Source: an uncultured Dehalococcoidia bacterium (lineage in GTDB: Bacteria > Chloroflexota > Dehalococcoidia > DSTF01 > JACRBR01). From it: a stretch of DNA of 64,000 bases. Of the stretch, positions 42,578-52,102 are shown one piece after another. Each line of letters begins with the position of its first letter. The stretch's first letter is position 1. A program made the position numbers and the translations under genes. Under the pieces are notes generated by a model. That model saw nothing but the letters and a program-made list of their open reading frames with translations, was not told the DNA's origin and made no database searches. The stretch spans positions 2,507 through 66,506 of the forward strand of contig CAZRHH010000010.1 of NCBI GenBank assembly GCA_964599885.1, written 5' to 3'.

Positions 42578-42685
42578 GCGAGCATCGTCTATCGACAACA
42601 CGGCAACATCGCCCCCTAATCGCCCAGGGGTAGCACATTAGTTCTTGCCGTCATACAATGGCTCCACCCTCGAACGGAGCCATGC

Positions 42686-42892
42686 ATGCGAAAGCACCGC
42701 AGCCTCACGCTAACCAAGTTCGTCGCTGTCATTTCGCCCCGGTCTGATACGACGTTACTTGACCTCGTTGAATCCCTTGAATCCTCCCAGCCCGTGGGGG
42801 GAGTTCAACGGTCACGCGTTGGAAAGCTACCTCGCCCGACCCGAGAACGCGACGGTCTCGGCGCTCGTGCACGCTGACTTCGATCGCATTGC
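42686..42892 (+). pseudogene. Frameshifted duplicate of the 5' end of the 42965-44086 gene
   Basis: MRKHRSLTLTKFVAVIS vs MTVHRSLTLAKFVSVIS; FNGHALESYLARPENA vs LNGEALEAFLGRPENA; DFDRI vs DFRRI. Confidence 0.8.
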
Positions 42893-42964
42893 CTCAGCGG
42901 GGCTCTTCGTCCGTTGCTCCGCACAACGGGACACAGGCGCATTCGCGGACTCGGAGGACATTGG

Positions 42965-44086
42965 ATGACCGTGCATCGCAGCCTGACGCTCGCGAAGTTC
43001 GTCTCGGTCATTTCCCACGACGTGCTACAGCGGTACTTCGCTCGCCTTAACCTGGTCAACAAGCCGGAAGGGTGGGAAACGCTCAACGGTGAAGCCTTAG
43101 AAGCGTTTCTCGGCCGACCCGAGAACGCTGATGCCGACAGCATTATTCGTGAGGACTTTCGAAGAATTAACGACGTGTCCGAGACAGCGATGGGCGTCGT
43201 GTTCCGCGCCTATGAGAAATACAACATCCCGTATCCTGCGGACCGCACCGCTGAGGAGAACGCGTTCCGTCTTTTCCTCGACTACCCGAAGGCTTTTGCG
43301 TTCACGTGGAGCCGCTATCTCCTCTTTCAGTCCGGGTCGCGATTGAGCGTACATTTGATTGAGCGCCGAGAGTTCACTGTCGAGGAACACGGACTCAAGG
43401 AATTCGAGGCAGGCGTCCGGAAGTGGTACGAGGAGCAAGGCAAGGGCAGTCACGTACAAATTACTCCCTACGAGGATCAAGGCGAGGACATCCTTTTGAT
43501 CCGGCGTGGCAACTACATGAAGGCGCTTACGCACTGGAACGATGAAGGAGACGACATCGATGTAAGCCCGTTGCGGATCGCGACAGAAGATGTCGTGGTC
43601 TACGAGCGCGACACGGGCTTGCTCAAGATTAAGACGCCCTTTCCCCGCGATCGATTGGAATACGTTCGACTGTTTGCGGCATGCATCGTAGGAGAAGAGG
43701 GCGTCGCCGAGTCGGCGGTGAACAGCGAGGTATTCACGCTCACACCGATACAAGACGGAACGTTTCGCTTCGAGGGAGCCGGGCCGGTGATTCGGGTGGA
43801 ACTGAAGAGCGCGCGTATCAAACTGTACGGACTCACGAATCCGACGATACAGATACGTGCGTCGGATGTACTCGCTGCGCTGAAATACGACCTTGGTTCA
43901 CTCGGTCTGGATGCCGGCGTACTTCTCAGCGTCGGGATGAAGTTCCACATCCTCCGTCCAGGGACGAAGAAGGTGGTCCCGCGCGCGTTCACGATCACGC
44001 CGCCCTCCCATACAAACCTGCCTGATCGCATCGACAACGACGTGATCTTGCAGTTTCTTCGAGACCAGGGGATCAAGCTGCGGTGA
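42965..44086 (+). CDS. Hypothetical protein (373 aa), probably element backbone
   Basis: GGAGGA RBS; EDVVVYERDTGLLKI, FTLTPI, FLRDQGI; no recognisable catalytic motif. Confidence 0.75.
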   Translation: MTVHRSLTLAKFVSVISHDVLQRYFARLNLVNKPEGWETLNGEALEAFLGRPENADADSIIREDFRRINDVSETAMGVVFRAYEKYNIPYPADRTAEENAFRLFLDYPKAFAFTWSRYLLFQSGSRLSVHLIERREFTVEEHGLKEFEAGVRKWYEEQGKGSHVQITPYEDQGEDILLIRRGNYMKALTHWNDEGDDIDVSPLRIATEDVVVYERDTGLLKIKTPFPRDRLEYVRLFAACIVGEEGVAESAVNSEVFTLTPIQDGTFRFEGAGPVIRVELKSARIKLYGLTNPTIQIRASDVLAALKYDLGSLGLDAGVLLSVGMKFHILRPGTKKVVPRAFTITPPSHTNLPDRIDNDVILQFLRDQGIKLR

Positions 44087-44484
44087 TCGAGTGGTTGCTC
44101 GCGCGTGTTGAGAAGAACCCTCACTCAACATTCACTAACAGTGAGCTATTGCAGCTAACTTCTCAGGCCATGGAAGCGCTGGGCGCGCCGGGGAGTTTTC
44201 GGCGTGTTCCGATCGAGCCCGAGTGTGCCGAGATCACATGGCGGGACGGGCGCACGCTAACTGTGATGGTCACCGAAGACGGCATGGAGGCGTTCGACGA
44301 GAGAGATCCGGACTTTGAACCCGTAGCCGTTGACATGGCGGATCTCGAATCTTGGCAGTTCGACCTCCTTGCCTTCGCGAAAGTAGTTCAAAGTCCGAAT
44401 GGGCTTGTTGGCGAACCGGCGCTGATCCACGAGCGGATTGTATTCGCCGGTACCCGCACGGGTTCTGCGCGCAGACGAGCATGA
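44083..44484 (+). CDS. Hypothetical protein interrupted by the right junction
   Basis: GTGA overlap with the upstream gene; the last ~9 codons are antisense comM. Confidence 0.65.
   Translation: MIEWLLARVEKNPHSTFTNSELLQLTSQAMEALGAPGSFRRVPIEPECAEITWRDGRTLTVMVTEDGMEAFDERDPDFEPVAVDMADLESWQFDLLAFAKVVQSPNGLVGEPALIHERIVFAGTRTGSARRRA
44450..44462. repeat. Right attachment junction, 13-bp repeat GTACCCGCACGGG
   Basis: Identical to 10234-10246; comM 5' half begins here. Confidence 0.85.
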
Positions 44485-45514
44485 AGTTCGCGGGATAGGT
44501 GATCGTGCCCTGCGCGCGCGAGATCGTCACGGTGCGATCCTCCAGCGGCTGACGCATCACTTCGAGCACTTGCTGGGCAAACTCGGGCAGCTCGTCCAAA
44601 AAGAGCACCCCACGGTGACTGAGCGTAATCTCGCCCGGTCGCGGATTGCGCCCGCCGCCGACAAGACCCGCGTGCGAGATTGTGTGATGCGGTGCGCGAA
44701 AGGGTCGCCGACTGATCAGCGGCTTGCCCGACGAGAGCAACCCCGCGACGGAATAGATCTTCGTCGCTTCGAGCGTTTCCTCCGGCGTCATGCTGGGGAG
44801 AATCGATGGCATCGCGCGCGCAAGCAAGGTCTTTCCGCTACCGGGCGGCCCGCTGAGGAGAACGTTGTGTCCGCCGGCTGCCGCCACCTCCAGCGCGCGC
44901 TTCACATGCTCCTGCCCCTTGATCGAACCGAAGTCCGTGCCTTCCCACACGTCCTCTGTGACCGCCGGGATGCCCGTGAACGGCACGGGCTCCAGTGGCT
45001 CGACACCCGCCAGATGCCGCAGCAGCGCGCCCAGCGTCTCGACGGCGTACACCGTCATCCCGGGCAGCAGCGCCGCCTCCGCCGCATCGACCGCCGGCAC
45101 GTACGCCGTCTTGATGCCCCGCTCCCGCGCGAGCGCCACCATCGGCAGGATGCCCGACGCATGCCGCAGCGTCCCGTCGAGCGACAGCTCGCCGAGGAAC
45201 ACGCACTCCGAGACATCGGCAAGCGCCTCCCCGGCCGCGACCATGATGCCGACCGCGATCGGCAGGTCATACGTCGGCCCTTCTTTGCGAATGTCCGCCG
45301 GCGCCAGGTTGACGACGATGCGCCCGGTCGGAAACCGGAACCCCGAATTCTTTATCGCCGACTCGACGCGGTCCTTCGCTTCCTTGACCGCCGCGTCCGG
45401 CAGCCCGACCATCGCCAGGCTGTTTAGCCCGCGCCGCGCAGCGTCGACTTCACACTCGACGATCTCTCCGTCGAGCCCAACCACAGCGCACGAAAGTACC
45501 TTCGCGAGTGCCAT
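44456..45514 (-). pseudogene. comM: comM 5' fragment
   Basis: [73 protein letters not shown], then diverges. Confidence 0.96.
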
Positions 45515-45534
45515 ACCCCGCGATAATCCCACAT

Positions 45535-45548
45535 AGAACACCCGTTCG
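45535..45548 (-). promoter_or_regulatory. LexA (SOS) box candidate upstream of comM
   Basis: CGAACGGGTGTTCT matches GAAC-N4-GTTC, the Firmicutes/Actinobacteria/Chloroflexota-type box; ~20 bp before ATG. Confidence 0.7.
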
Positions 45549-45703
45549 CAAGGGCTGACTGGACATTCTGCGCGAATACAAACGGCGAGCGTGGTCTTGC
45601 CGCGAAATCGGTGGCGGCACAGCTTGCTGTGCCCTCGACGTTCGGGACTAACTGAACGACATGGGCGGAGGCTTCGTCAGCCCCGTACTCCCGCCGCCCC
45701 TGG

Positions 45704-46027
45704 TTACGTCGCTTCCCCCGCACGCGGATCCGCAGCCGCCTCCACGACGTCCTTCCCCTTCTCCGTCACCTCCGATGGCGCCGCCGGCCCGCCGCCGTCC
45801 AGCCCGCCGATCGCCGCGTACACGTTCGCGATCTCGCCCTGCAAGTCCGCCATCGACTCATACGTCCGATCGGGCAGATTCTCCAGCGTGTGCAGCACCT
45901 CCGTATCGATGCCGCCGACGTCCGCCGCTTTCCGCGCAATCGCCGACTTCGACGCCGGAAAGTCCAGCCCCTCCAACGCTTTCCGATAATCCTTGAGCTC
46001 AGCGTGATTGCCGTTCATCGCGTCCAC
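45704..46027 (-). CDS. DUF2795 domain protein
   Basis: ALEGLDFPASKSAI..LENLPDRTYESMADL. Confidence 0.8.
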   Translation of the reverse strand: MDAMNGNHAELKDYRKALEGLDFPASKSAIARKAADVGGIDTEVLHTLENLPDRTYESMADLQGEIANVYAAIGGLDGGGPAAPSEVTEKGKDVVEAAADPRAGEAT

Positions 46028-46212
46028 CTTTCACTCACATCGAGTGTAAGCACCTTGAAGCGCGCGCCACCGTTTCCGCCACCCGGCTCCACATTGCAGC
46101 AACACGTCATTCCGCCCCCACGCTGAAATCAAAAGAACAGAGCCCCATCCGCGAAGCTCTGTTCTCTGCTCTCTGTTCTCTGCTCTCTGTTCTGCGAAGC
46201 GCTGTCGAGGTT

Positions 46213-47097
46213 CTAGATCCTCGGGCGCGCAGCCCGCAAGTGCGGCGCCACCCCCACCACATCCAACCGCGTGCTGTACACGGCCGTACGCGCCGTAATG
46301 ATCAGCGTGGAGCCGTCGTCTGCCCCCCACGCGCAGTTCGCCGGCGACTGCGGGCATTCGATCGCCCCGAGCGGATCGCCCGCTGCGTCGAACACCTGCA
46401 ACGTCCCGGCCGCGACGTAAAGCCGGCCGTCGCGGTCAACCTTCATGCCGTCCGGCCGTCCGTTGTCCGCCATCGACGCGAAGATGCGGTCGCCGCTCAG
46501 CACGCCACCCTCGCTGACGTCAAACGCCCGCACGTGCAGCCGGGCCGTGTCGGCGATGTACAACGTCCGCTCATCCGGCGAGAGCGCCAGCCCGTTCGGC
46601 CGCTCGAAGTCCGACGCCAGCAGAGATAACTCGCCGTCGCTCCCAATCGTATACACGCCGTTGAACGGCAACTCCCGCTGCTCTTCCCGGATGCCGTACG
46701 GCGGGTCCGTGAAGAAGATGCGCCCATCACTTCGCACGACGACATCGTTCGGGCTGTTGAGCCGCTTGCCTTCATAGTGCGTGGCCAGCGCTTCCGTGGC
46801 GTCGTAGCCCTCGCCGTCGCGCCCGACGGACACGCGCCGCCCCTCGTGTTCGCACGCGATCACCCGCATGTCCAAGTCCAACGTCAGCCCGTTCGACTGC
46901 CCGCTCGGCGCGCGGTAGACGGACATACCGCCGTCGCTCACGCGATGGATGCGACTGTTCGGGATATCGCTGAACAACAGTGACCCGTCAGGCAACCAGA
47001 CGGGGCCTTCAGAGAAGGTGACGCCCTCGGCAATCGCCGTCCACGGCTCGGGCGGGACGAACTCGCCCAGACCGTGATCGTCCCGCACCGCTGGCAT
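46213..47097 (-). CDS. SMP-30/gluconolactonase family protein
   Basis: FSEGPVW, SNGL, RLNSPNDV, FFTDPPYG, PNGLALSPD, PDGMKVD. Confidence 0.93.
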   Translation of the reverse strand: MPAVRDDHGLGEFVPPEPWTAIAEGVTFSEGPVWLPDGSLLFSDIPNSRIHRVSDGGMSVYRAPSGQSNGLTLDLDMRVIACEHEGRRVSVGRDGEGYDATEALATHYEGKRLNSPNDVVVRSDGRIFFTDPPYGIREEQRELPFNGVYTIGSDGELSLLASDFERPNGLALSPDERTLYIADTARLHVRAFDVSEGGVLSGDRIFASMADNGRPDGMKVDRDGRLYVAAGTLQVFDAAGDPLGAIECPQSPANCAWGADDGSTLIITARTAVYSTRLDVVGVAPHLRAARPRI

Positions 47098-47099
47098 TG

Positions 47100-47759
47100 C
47101 TAGGGCGCGGTCTCAGCAGGCACGAGCGTTCCTACAGGCACAGGCGTGTCCGAGACCGGCGTGATATCGCCCGCCTTAAGAGCGGCCACACGACGCGCAA
47201 CGATCGTGTTGAGTCGATCGAACTCTTCTTCGTTCTCCGCATCGGCGTTGGGAATACTCTGATCGTTCGTCACCCGCTGCACGTACGTCACGAACGGCTC
47301 GCTAATCGTGACCCCTGTGAAGCCCGACACACTTGGCTTGGTGTACTTGAAGGCCGCGTTGGCGCCTTCGACTTCATCGTTCTCCTCCGTCCAGCCAGAC
47401 TCGATCATCACACCCCGATATCGCGCCAGGCTCCGCTCCGCGTCAGCGTCCGTCGGCATCCAGACGACGCTCGCCTGCGTGTAGATCGTTTCGCTGCGAG
47501 AGATCGACTCCGCCACCAACCCCACGTCTCCCGCGACCGACACGCCGATCACTGTCTCGTAGCCATCCGGAAGATCGTCCTCGCGGAAGATCGCCTGCGC
47601 CAGCACCTGCGGGTCAATCGACTCCGGCGTCGGCACCGGCGTGGGCGCGTCACCGCCACCATCGCCCCCGCACGCCGACCCGACGAGCGCCAGCAGACAG
47701 ACGATCGCGATCCCGTACCAGCCGATATGACTCCCGCGAACCCGAATGCGCATGCCCAA
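47100..47759 (-). CDS. Hypothetical lipoprotein
   Basis: Lipobox LVGSAC followed by a PT linker. Confidence 0.65.
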   Translation of the reverse strand: MGMRIRVRGSHIGWYGIAIVCLLALVGSACGGDGGGDAPTPVPTPESIDPQVLAQAIFREDDLPDGYETVIGVSVAGDVGLVAESISRSETIYTQASVVWMPTDADAERSLARYRGVMIESGWTEENDEVEGANAAFKYTKPSVSGFTGVTISEPFVTYVQRVTNDQSIPNADAENEEEFDRLNTIVARRVAALKAGDITPVSDTPVPVGTLVPAETAP

Positions 47760-47777
47760 CCCCTTGTGACGCCGGCG

Positions 47778-49001
47778 CTACAGCAGATCGCCGGTCGCCA
47801 TTCTCGTACTCTTGTGTTCCTTGTACGCCGCGATGACGTTCCGCGCGATCGTCTGCTGATGCACTTCATCCGCCCCATCTACAAGCCGAGCGGAACGCGC
47901 GTTACGCATCAGCCGCTCGAGCGGCGTGTCCGTCGAATACCCCAGCGCGCCATGTACCTGAATTGCCCGGTCAACGATGCGCCACAGCGCGTTGGCGACG
48001 TGATGCTTTGCGAACGACACTTCCTGCTTGAACGGCAGCCCGTTCTCGATCCGGTACGCCGCGTGCAGCACCATCAACTTGCCGGCATACAGTTCCATCG
48101 CCGAGTCCGCCATCATCCACTGGATCGCCTGCTTGTCCGCCAGCAGCGAGCCGTGCGCTTCGCGGTTCAGCGCGCGGTCGACGAGCATCTCCAGCGCCAC
48201 TTCCGCCTGCCCGATCCAGCGCATGCAGTGCGCCAGCCGCGCCGGCCCTAACCGGGCCTGCCCGAGCAAATGACCGTGCCCGCGGGCGCCCAGCATGTTC
48301 TCAGCCGGTACGCGCAGATTCGTGATCCGGATCTCGCAATGATTCCCCTGGCCCGCCATCGTGTCGATGTCACGGACGATCTCCCACCCTTCCGACGGCA
48401 GGTCGACGAGAAACGCGGAGTTGCGCGCTTGCGGCGGGTCGGCGTCCGGGTCCGTGCGCGCGATCAGGATCGCGAAGCGCGCGCCCTTCGCGCCGGAGAT
48501 GAACCACTTGTGACCGTTGATCACCCAGTCGTCGCCGTCTTTCTCTGCGTGCGTCAGGATGCCCGTCGGATCTGAGCCCGCCACCTCCGGCTCCGTCATC
48601 GCGAAGCACGAGCGCGAACGCCCTTCGGCGAGCGGCCGTAGATACTTCTCTTTCTGCTCCGTCGTTGCGTGGTGCAGCAGCGTGTGCATGTTGCCCTCAT
48701 CGGGCGCCTGCGCGTTCAGCACGTACGGGCCGATGCCCGTGCGCCCGGCCTCAGCCGAAACGAACGCCATCGCCACGTTGCCCAGATCCATGCCGCCCCA
48801 TTCTTTGGGCAGGTGAGGATTCCACAGCCCGAGATCCTTCGCGCGCTGGCGCAGACCGCCGATCGCCGAGATGTACCCGTTGCGGTCAGACTCGCCTTGA
48901 CGTAGCTTCTCTTCGGTGGGGCGAACCTCCTCGTCCATGAACGTCCGGACGCGCTTCCGGACATCCTCGACTTCGGGAGACAGCGTGAAATCAACGGCCA
49001 T
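47778..49001 (-). CDS. Acyl-CoA dehydrogenase
   Basis: APDEGNM, FAMTEPEVAGSD, INGHKWFIS, RLGPARLAHCMR, AIQVHGALG, DGADEVH. Confidence 0.95.
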   Translation of the reverse strand: MAVDFTLSPEVEDVRKRVRTFMDEEVRPTEEKLRQGESDRNGYISAIGGLRQRAKDLGLWNPHLPKEWGGMDLGNVAMAFVSAEAGRTGIGPYVLNAQAPDEGNMHTLLHHATTEQKEKYLRPLAEGRSRSCFAMTEPEVAGSDPTGILTHAEKDGDDWVINGHKWFISGAKGARFAILIARTDPDADPPQARNSAFLVDLPSEGWEIVRDIDTMAGQGNHCEIRITNLRVPAENMLGARGHGHLLGQARLGPARLAHCMRWIGQAEVALEMLVDRALNREAHGSLLADKQAIQWMMADSAMELYAGKLMVLHAAYRIENGLPFKQEVSFAKHHVANALWRIVDRAIQVHGALGYSTDTPLERLMRNARSARLVDGADEVHQQTIARNVIAAYKEHKSTRMATGDLL

Positions 49002-49106
49002 GATGATCCTCCTTCGCGCCACCCGCTCGCAGGAGACGCTCGATGCGTGCAGCATTGTAGTCGTCGTTCCGGCCTGCGTCACCCACGAGCCAACGGAGCG
49101 GCAACG

Positions 49107-50159
49107 ATGATCCAGAGCGTACCCGGCATCGACTTCGAACGCCTGCTTCCGTGGTTCCGCGAGCACGTCGCGCCCGTCGACGCCCTGCACGCCGAAGTCA
49201 TCGGCCACGGACGTTCGAACCTGACCTACCGCCTGTCATCCGGCGACGACGAGTGGGTGCTGCGGCGGCCGCCGCTCTCGCACGTCATGCCGACCGCCCA
49301 CGACATGAAGCGCGAGTTTCGCGTCATCTCCGCCGTCGAAGGCACGAAGGTGCCCGTGCCCCACGCCATCGCCCTCTGCGACGACACGTCCGTCAACGAC
49401 GCGCCGTTCTACATCATGTCGTTCGTCCGCGGCATCGTGCCGACGGACGCGCAGGATGTCGCCAGGCGCTTCGACGAGCCAACGCTTCGACGCATGGGCG
49501 AAGAACTCATCGACACGCTCGCCGAACTGCACCTGCTCGACCCCGCATCCGTCGGCCTCGGCGATCTTGGCAAGCCCAACGGCTTCGTCACCCGACAGGT
49601 GAAGCGCTTCACCGGACAGATCGAACAGCACAAGACGCGCGATGTCCCCGAACTCGAAGAACTCGCGCGGCGCCTCGGCGCCGCTATCCCGCCGGAGTCA
49701 GGCGCCGCGATCATCCACGGCGACTACCGCCTCGATAACTGCGTGATCAGCGAAGACGGCAAGATCGCCGCCGTCCTCGATTGGGAGATGGCGACGCTTG
49801 GCGATCCGCTGGCCGACGTCGGCCAGCAGATCATGTACTGGGCCGGCGGCGAAGGCGACCGTCAGAGCGCGCCCGGCATCGCCAGCGGCTCCGTCACCGC
49901 GCTCCCCGGCTTCCTGCCCCGAGACGAGGCGATCGCCCGCTACGCCAAACGCACGGGACTCGATCTCTCGAACCTCGACTTCTACGTCGTGCTCGCCTAC
50001 TTCAAACTCGCCGTCATCGTCGAGGGTATCTACGCCCGCTTCCTGGAAGGCGGTACCGTCGGCGCCGGCTTTGAAGCGACCGGCGCGCAAGCGATGTCGC
50101 TCGCCCGCGGTGGCCTCGCGATCGCCAACGCGTCCTCCGTCCCCGCCCTCCGGGGCTAA
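49107..50159 (+). CDS. Phosphotransferase (APH/ACAD10-11 kinase-like) family protein
   Basis: GRSNLTY, VLRRPP, AHDMKRE, IHGDYRLDN, LDWEMATLGDPLAD. Confidence 0.92.
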   Translation: MIQSVPGIDFERLLPWFREHVAPVDALHAEVIGHGRSNLTYRLSSGDDEWVLRRPPLSHVMPTAHDMKREFRVISAVEGTKVPVPHAIALCDDTSVNDAPFYIMSFVRGIVPTDAQDVARRFDEPTLRRMGEELIDTLAELHLLDPASVGLGDLGKPNGFVTRQVKRFTGQIEQHKTRDVPELEELARRLGAAIPPESGAAIIHGDYRLDNCVISEDGKIAAVLDWEMATLGDPLADVGQQIMYWAGGEGDRQSAPGIASGSVTALPGFLPRDEAIARYAKRTGLDLSNLDFYVVLAYFKLAVIVEGIYARFLEGGTVGAGFEATGAQAMSLARGGLAIANASSVPALRG

Positions 50160-50195
50160 AGCCGTGTCGCCACGCCTCAACCAACGAACATGGAT

Positions 50196-50219
50196 GTAGC
50201 CGCGGAGCTTTAGCTCCGC
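50196..50219 (+). repeat. REP-like GTAG-headed palindrome
   Basis: GTAGCCGCGGAGCTTTAGCTCCGC; near-identical copy at 51483-51506; related hairpins near 55658 and 58426. Confidence 0.6.
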
Positions 50220-50482
50220 CCGCGCTGCGATCCGCCGCCGGGACGCCCGCTGCGCGCGCGCGCGTTCGCATCGGCGCCGGCAGGGACCAACGAGATCCGG
50301 TGACACGGTCTTTCAGACCGTGTCACCGGGCGCGCCACCCCGCACGATCACCCCGCGCAAGTCCGAGCCCGACAGTCACGGCCGCGTCCACGCTTCCACG
50401 GATCGATTTCCATCGCGTTCCGCCGCCCGCCCACCTCCCGCTTCTCGCGTCCCGCTTCCCGCTTCCGTATAGTGAACAGCGC

Positions 50483-50557
50483 GCCCCCGTAGCTCAGTGG
50501 ATAGAGTACTGGCCTCCGAAGCCAGGGGCACAGGTTCGAGTCCTGTCGGGGGTACCA
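50483..50557 (+). tRNA. tRNA-Arg (anticodon CCG)
   Basis: GCCCCCG/CGGGGGT acceptor stem; D arm AGCTCAGTGGATAGAGT; CTGGC-CTCCGAA-GCCAG anticodon arm; GGTTCGAGTCC T arm; encoded CCA. Confidence 0.97.
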
Positions 50558-50639
50558 TCTCCGCCTGTCATAACCGAAAACGCTAGACTTGATGGCCGCC
50601 GCCCCGCCAGCGACGCATGTAAGCCACGGATGATCACGA

Positions 50640-51446
50640 ATGCCACGTAAGAAGCAGACCGTCCAGCGACAGAAGCGCCAGAAGACGTACCGCGAGGGCG
50701 ACTTCTCCGGCACCGCTACGCATATCAAGCCCAAGGGCTTCTTCAGGCTCTTCTTCAACTACAAACTCTTCGCCGTCATCGGCGTCGGCGGTTTGGTCGC
50801 CGGTCTCGCCATCTTCGCCCTGCCGCAGGGCGGCGGCCTCAACAGCGGCAGCGTCCGCGCCCCTGACGACGTCATCCAGCGCAGCACGCCCGAAGCCGCC
50901 GAGACCGCCGAGCCCGGCCAGGCGAACACCCGCAAGACCTACTCCAGCCCGCCCGAGATGGTGATCGATGCGGCGAAGAACTACACCGCGACGATCAAGA
51001 CGGCAAAGGGCGACTTCACCGTCGACCTGCTGACCGACGAAGCGCCGGCGACGGTGAACAACTTCGTCTTCCTCGCCCGCGAAGGCTTCTACGAGGGTGT
51101 GACGTTCCATCGCGTACTCGCTGACTTCGTCGCGCAGGGCGGCGACCCCACCGGCACCGGCTCTGGCGGCCCCGGCTACGACCTCCCCGTCGAGCGCACC
51201 GATGAAACGTTCGCCACCGGCGTGATCGGCATGGCAAAGCCCGATGAAGCAGGCGCCGAGAACAACGGCAGTCAGTTCTTCATCGTCCTCGAAGATCAGC
51301 CCACCTTCGACGACAAGTTCACCGCGTTCGGCAAGGTCACCGACGGCCTGGACGTCGTCCGCAGCCTCACCGAGCGCGACCCGTCCCGGGAAGAAGGCCT
51401 CGACCCCGGCGACGCTATCGAGTCCATCACCATCAACGAAGCCTGA
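50640..51446 (+). CDS. Membrane-anchored cyclophilin-type peptidyl-prolyl isomerase
   Basis: APATVNNFVFLA, FYEGVTFHRV, QGGDPTGTGSGGPGY, NGSQFFI, FGKVTDG. Confidence 0.95.
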   Translation: MPRKKQTVQRQKRQKTYREGDFSGTATHIKPKGFFRLFFNYKLFAVIGVGGLVAGLAIFALPQGGGLNSGSVRAPDDVIQRSTPEAAETAEPGQANTRKTYSSPPEMVIDAAKNYTATIKTAKGDFTVDLLTDEAPATVNNFVFLAREGFYEGVTFHRVLADFVAQGGDPTGTGSGGPGYDLPVERTDETFATGVIGMAKPDEAGAENNGSQFFIVLEDQPTFDDKFTAFGKVTDGLDVVRSLTERDPSREEGLDPGDAIESITINEA

Positions 51447-51482
51447 CCGCGCCAATCGCGGGACGCCGGAAATCTGCGGATC

Positions 51483-51506
51483 GTAGCCGCGGAGCTTCAG
51501 CTCCGC
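51483..51506 (+). repeat. REP-like palindrome, second copy
   Basis: GTAGCCGCGGAGCTTCAGCTCCGC. Confidence 0.6.
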
Positions 51507-51660
51507 CGGACGTCAATCCACGGATGCCCGCTGCTCATGCCACCCGCTTCTCACCCCTCTAGAAACCTTTGCGTCCCTCTGCGCCCCCAAACCCTCCAGA
51601 AAACCTTTGCGTCCCTCTGCGCTCTCTGCGTCTTTGCGGTGAACCGCAATCGAATGGATA

Positions 51661-51694
51661 GCAAAAGGCCACCGGCGTACCGGTGGCCCTTTGC
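51661..51694 (-). terminator. Hairpin terminator downstream of 51714-52019
   Basis: GCAAAAGGCCACCGG-CGTA-CCGGTGGCCCTTTGC. Confidence 0.6.
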
Positions 51695-51713
51695 CGTTGG
51701 AGGAGGAGGCTGA

Positions 51714-52019
51714 CTAACTAGTTGAGTGACGGCCCGTTCGCACCTTCGCGACATACTCAGCGCAACTGCGTACCTGACCGTCAATACGCGCCAATTCGAA
51801 TCGCGTGGCGCACGCGTGACACAACCGCATCTCCGTCTCGTATTCGATCGAACCCGCCAGCGAAGCCGACATCCCGCATGCTGAACACGGGAACCTGTCC
51901 GAGTCCATGCCGCGGTGTGTGTCTTCCTCGAGGATGATCCTCATCGCTTCTTCGATCGCCTGCCGCTGCCCTTCCGTACTGCCTGCCGCCCGCGTTCCAC
52001 TGCTGCGAACGATCCCCAA
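51714..52019 (-). CDS. Small Zn-finger hypothetical protein downstream of the c-di-AMP riboswitch
   Basis: GGGAGG RBS; CSAC-x18-CHAC plus an extra Cys. Confidence 0.7.
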   Translation of the reverse strand: MGIVRSSGTRAAGSTEGQRQAIEEAMRIILEEDTHRGMDSDRFPCSACGMSASLAGSIEYETEMRLCHACATRFELARIDGQVRSCAEYVAKVRTGRHSTS

Positions 52020-52052
52020 TCCACGCCTCCCAATTCCTTATCCGAGGGGAAC

Positions 52053-52084
52053 AAAAAACGACCGAAGGCTGTAACCTTCGATCG
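52053..52084 (-). terminator. Intrinsic terminator (riboswitch expression platform)
   Basis: Minus strand CGATCGAAGG-TTACAG-CCTTCGGTCG-TTTTTT. Confidence 0.8.
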
Positions 52085-52102
52085 GTTCACCCTCTCCTCT
52101 TT

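Larger units (their letters stand above)
10249..44455. mobile_element. ~34-kb integrative element (genomic island) inserted in comM
   Basis: comM halves on both sides; junction repeat; primase-helicase, ParB-MTase, tyrosine recombinase, RM/defence and RHS cargo; visibly more A/T-rich segments than the flanks. Confidence 0.92.

Noticed and set aside
10249-44455. Intact prophage or conjugative ICE
   Set aside because: No terminase, portal, capsid, tail, relaxase, VirB4 or coupling-protein ORFs recognised.
46140-46195. CTCTGTTCTCTG low-complexity repeat (similar tract at 4975-5020) as a contingency locus
   Set aside because: Imperfect, intergenic and downstream of a gene end; no evidence that it affects a reading frame.
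50483-50557. tRNA-Arg as the island's integration site
   Set aside because: No duplicate of its 3' end found, and the island boundaries map to comM.
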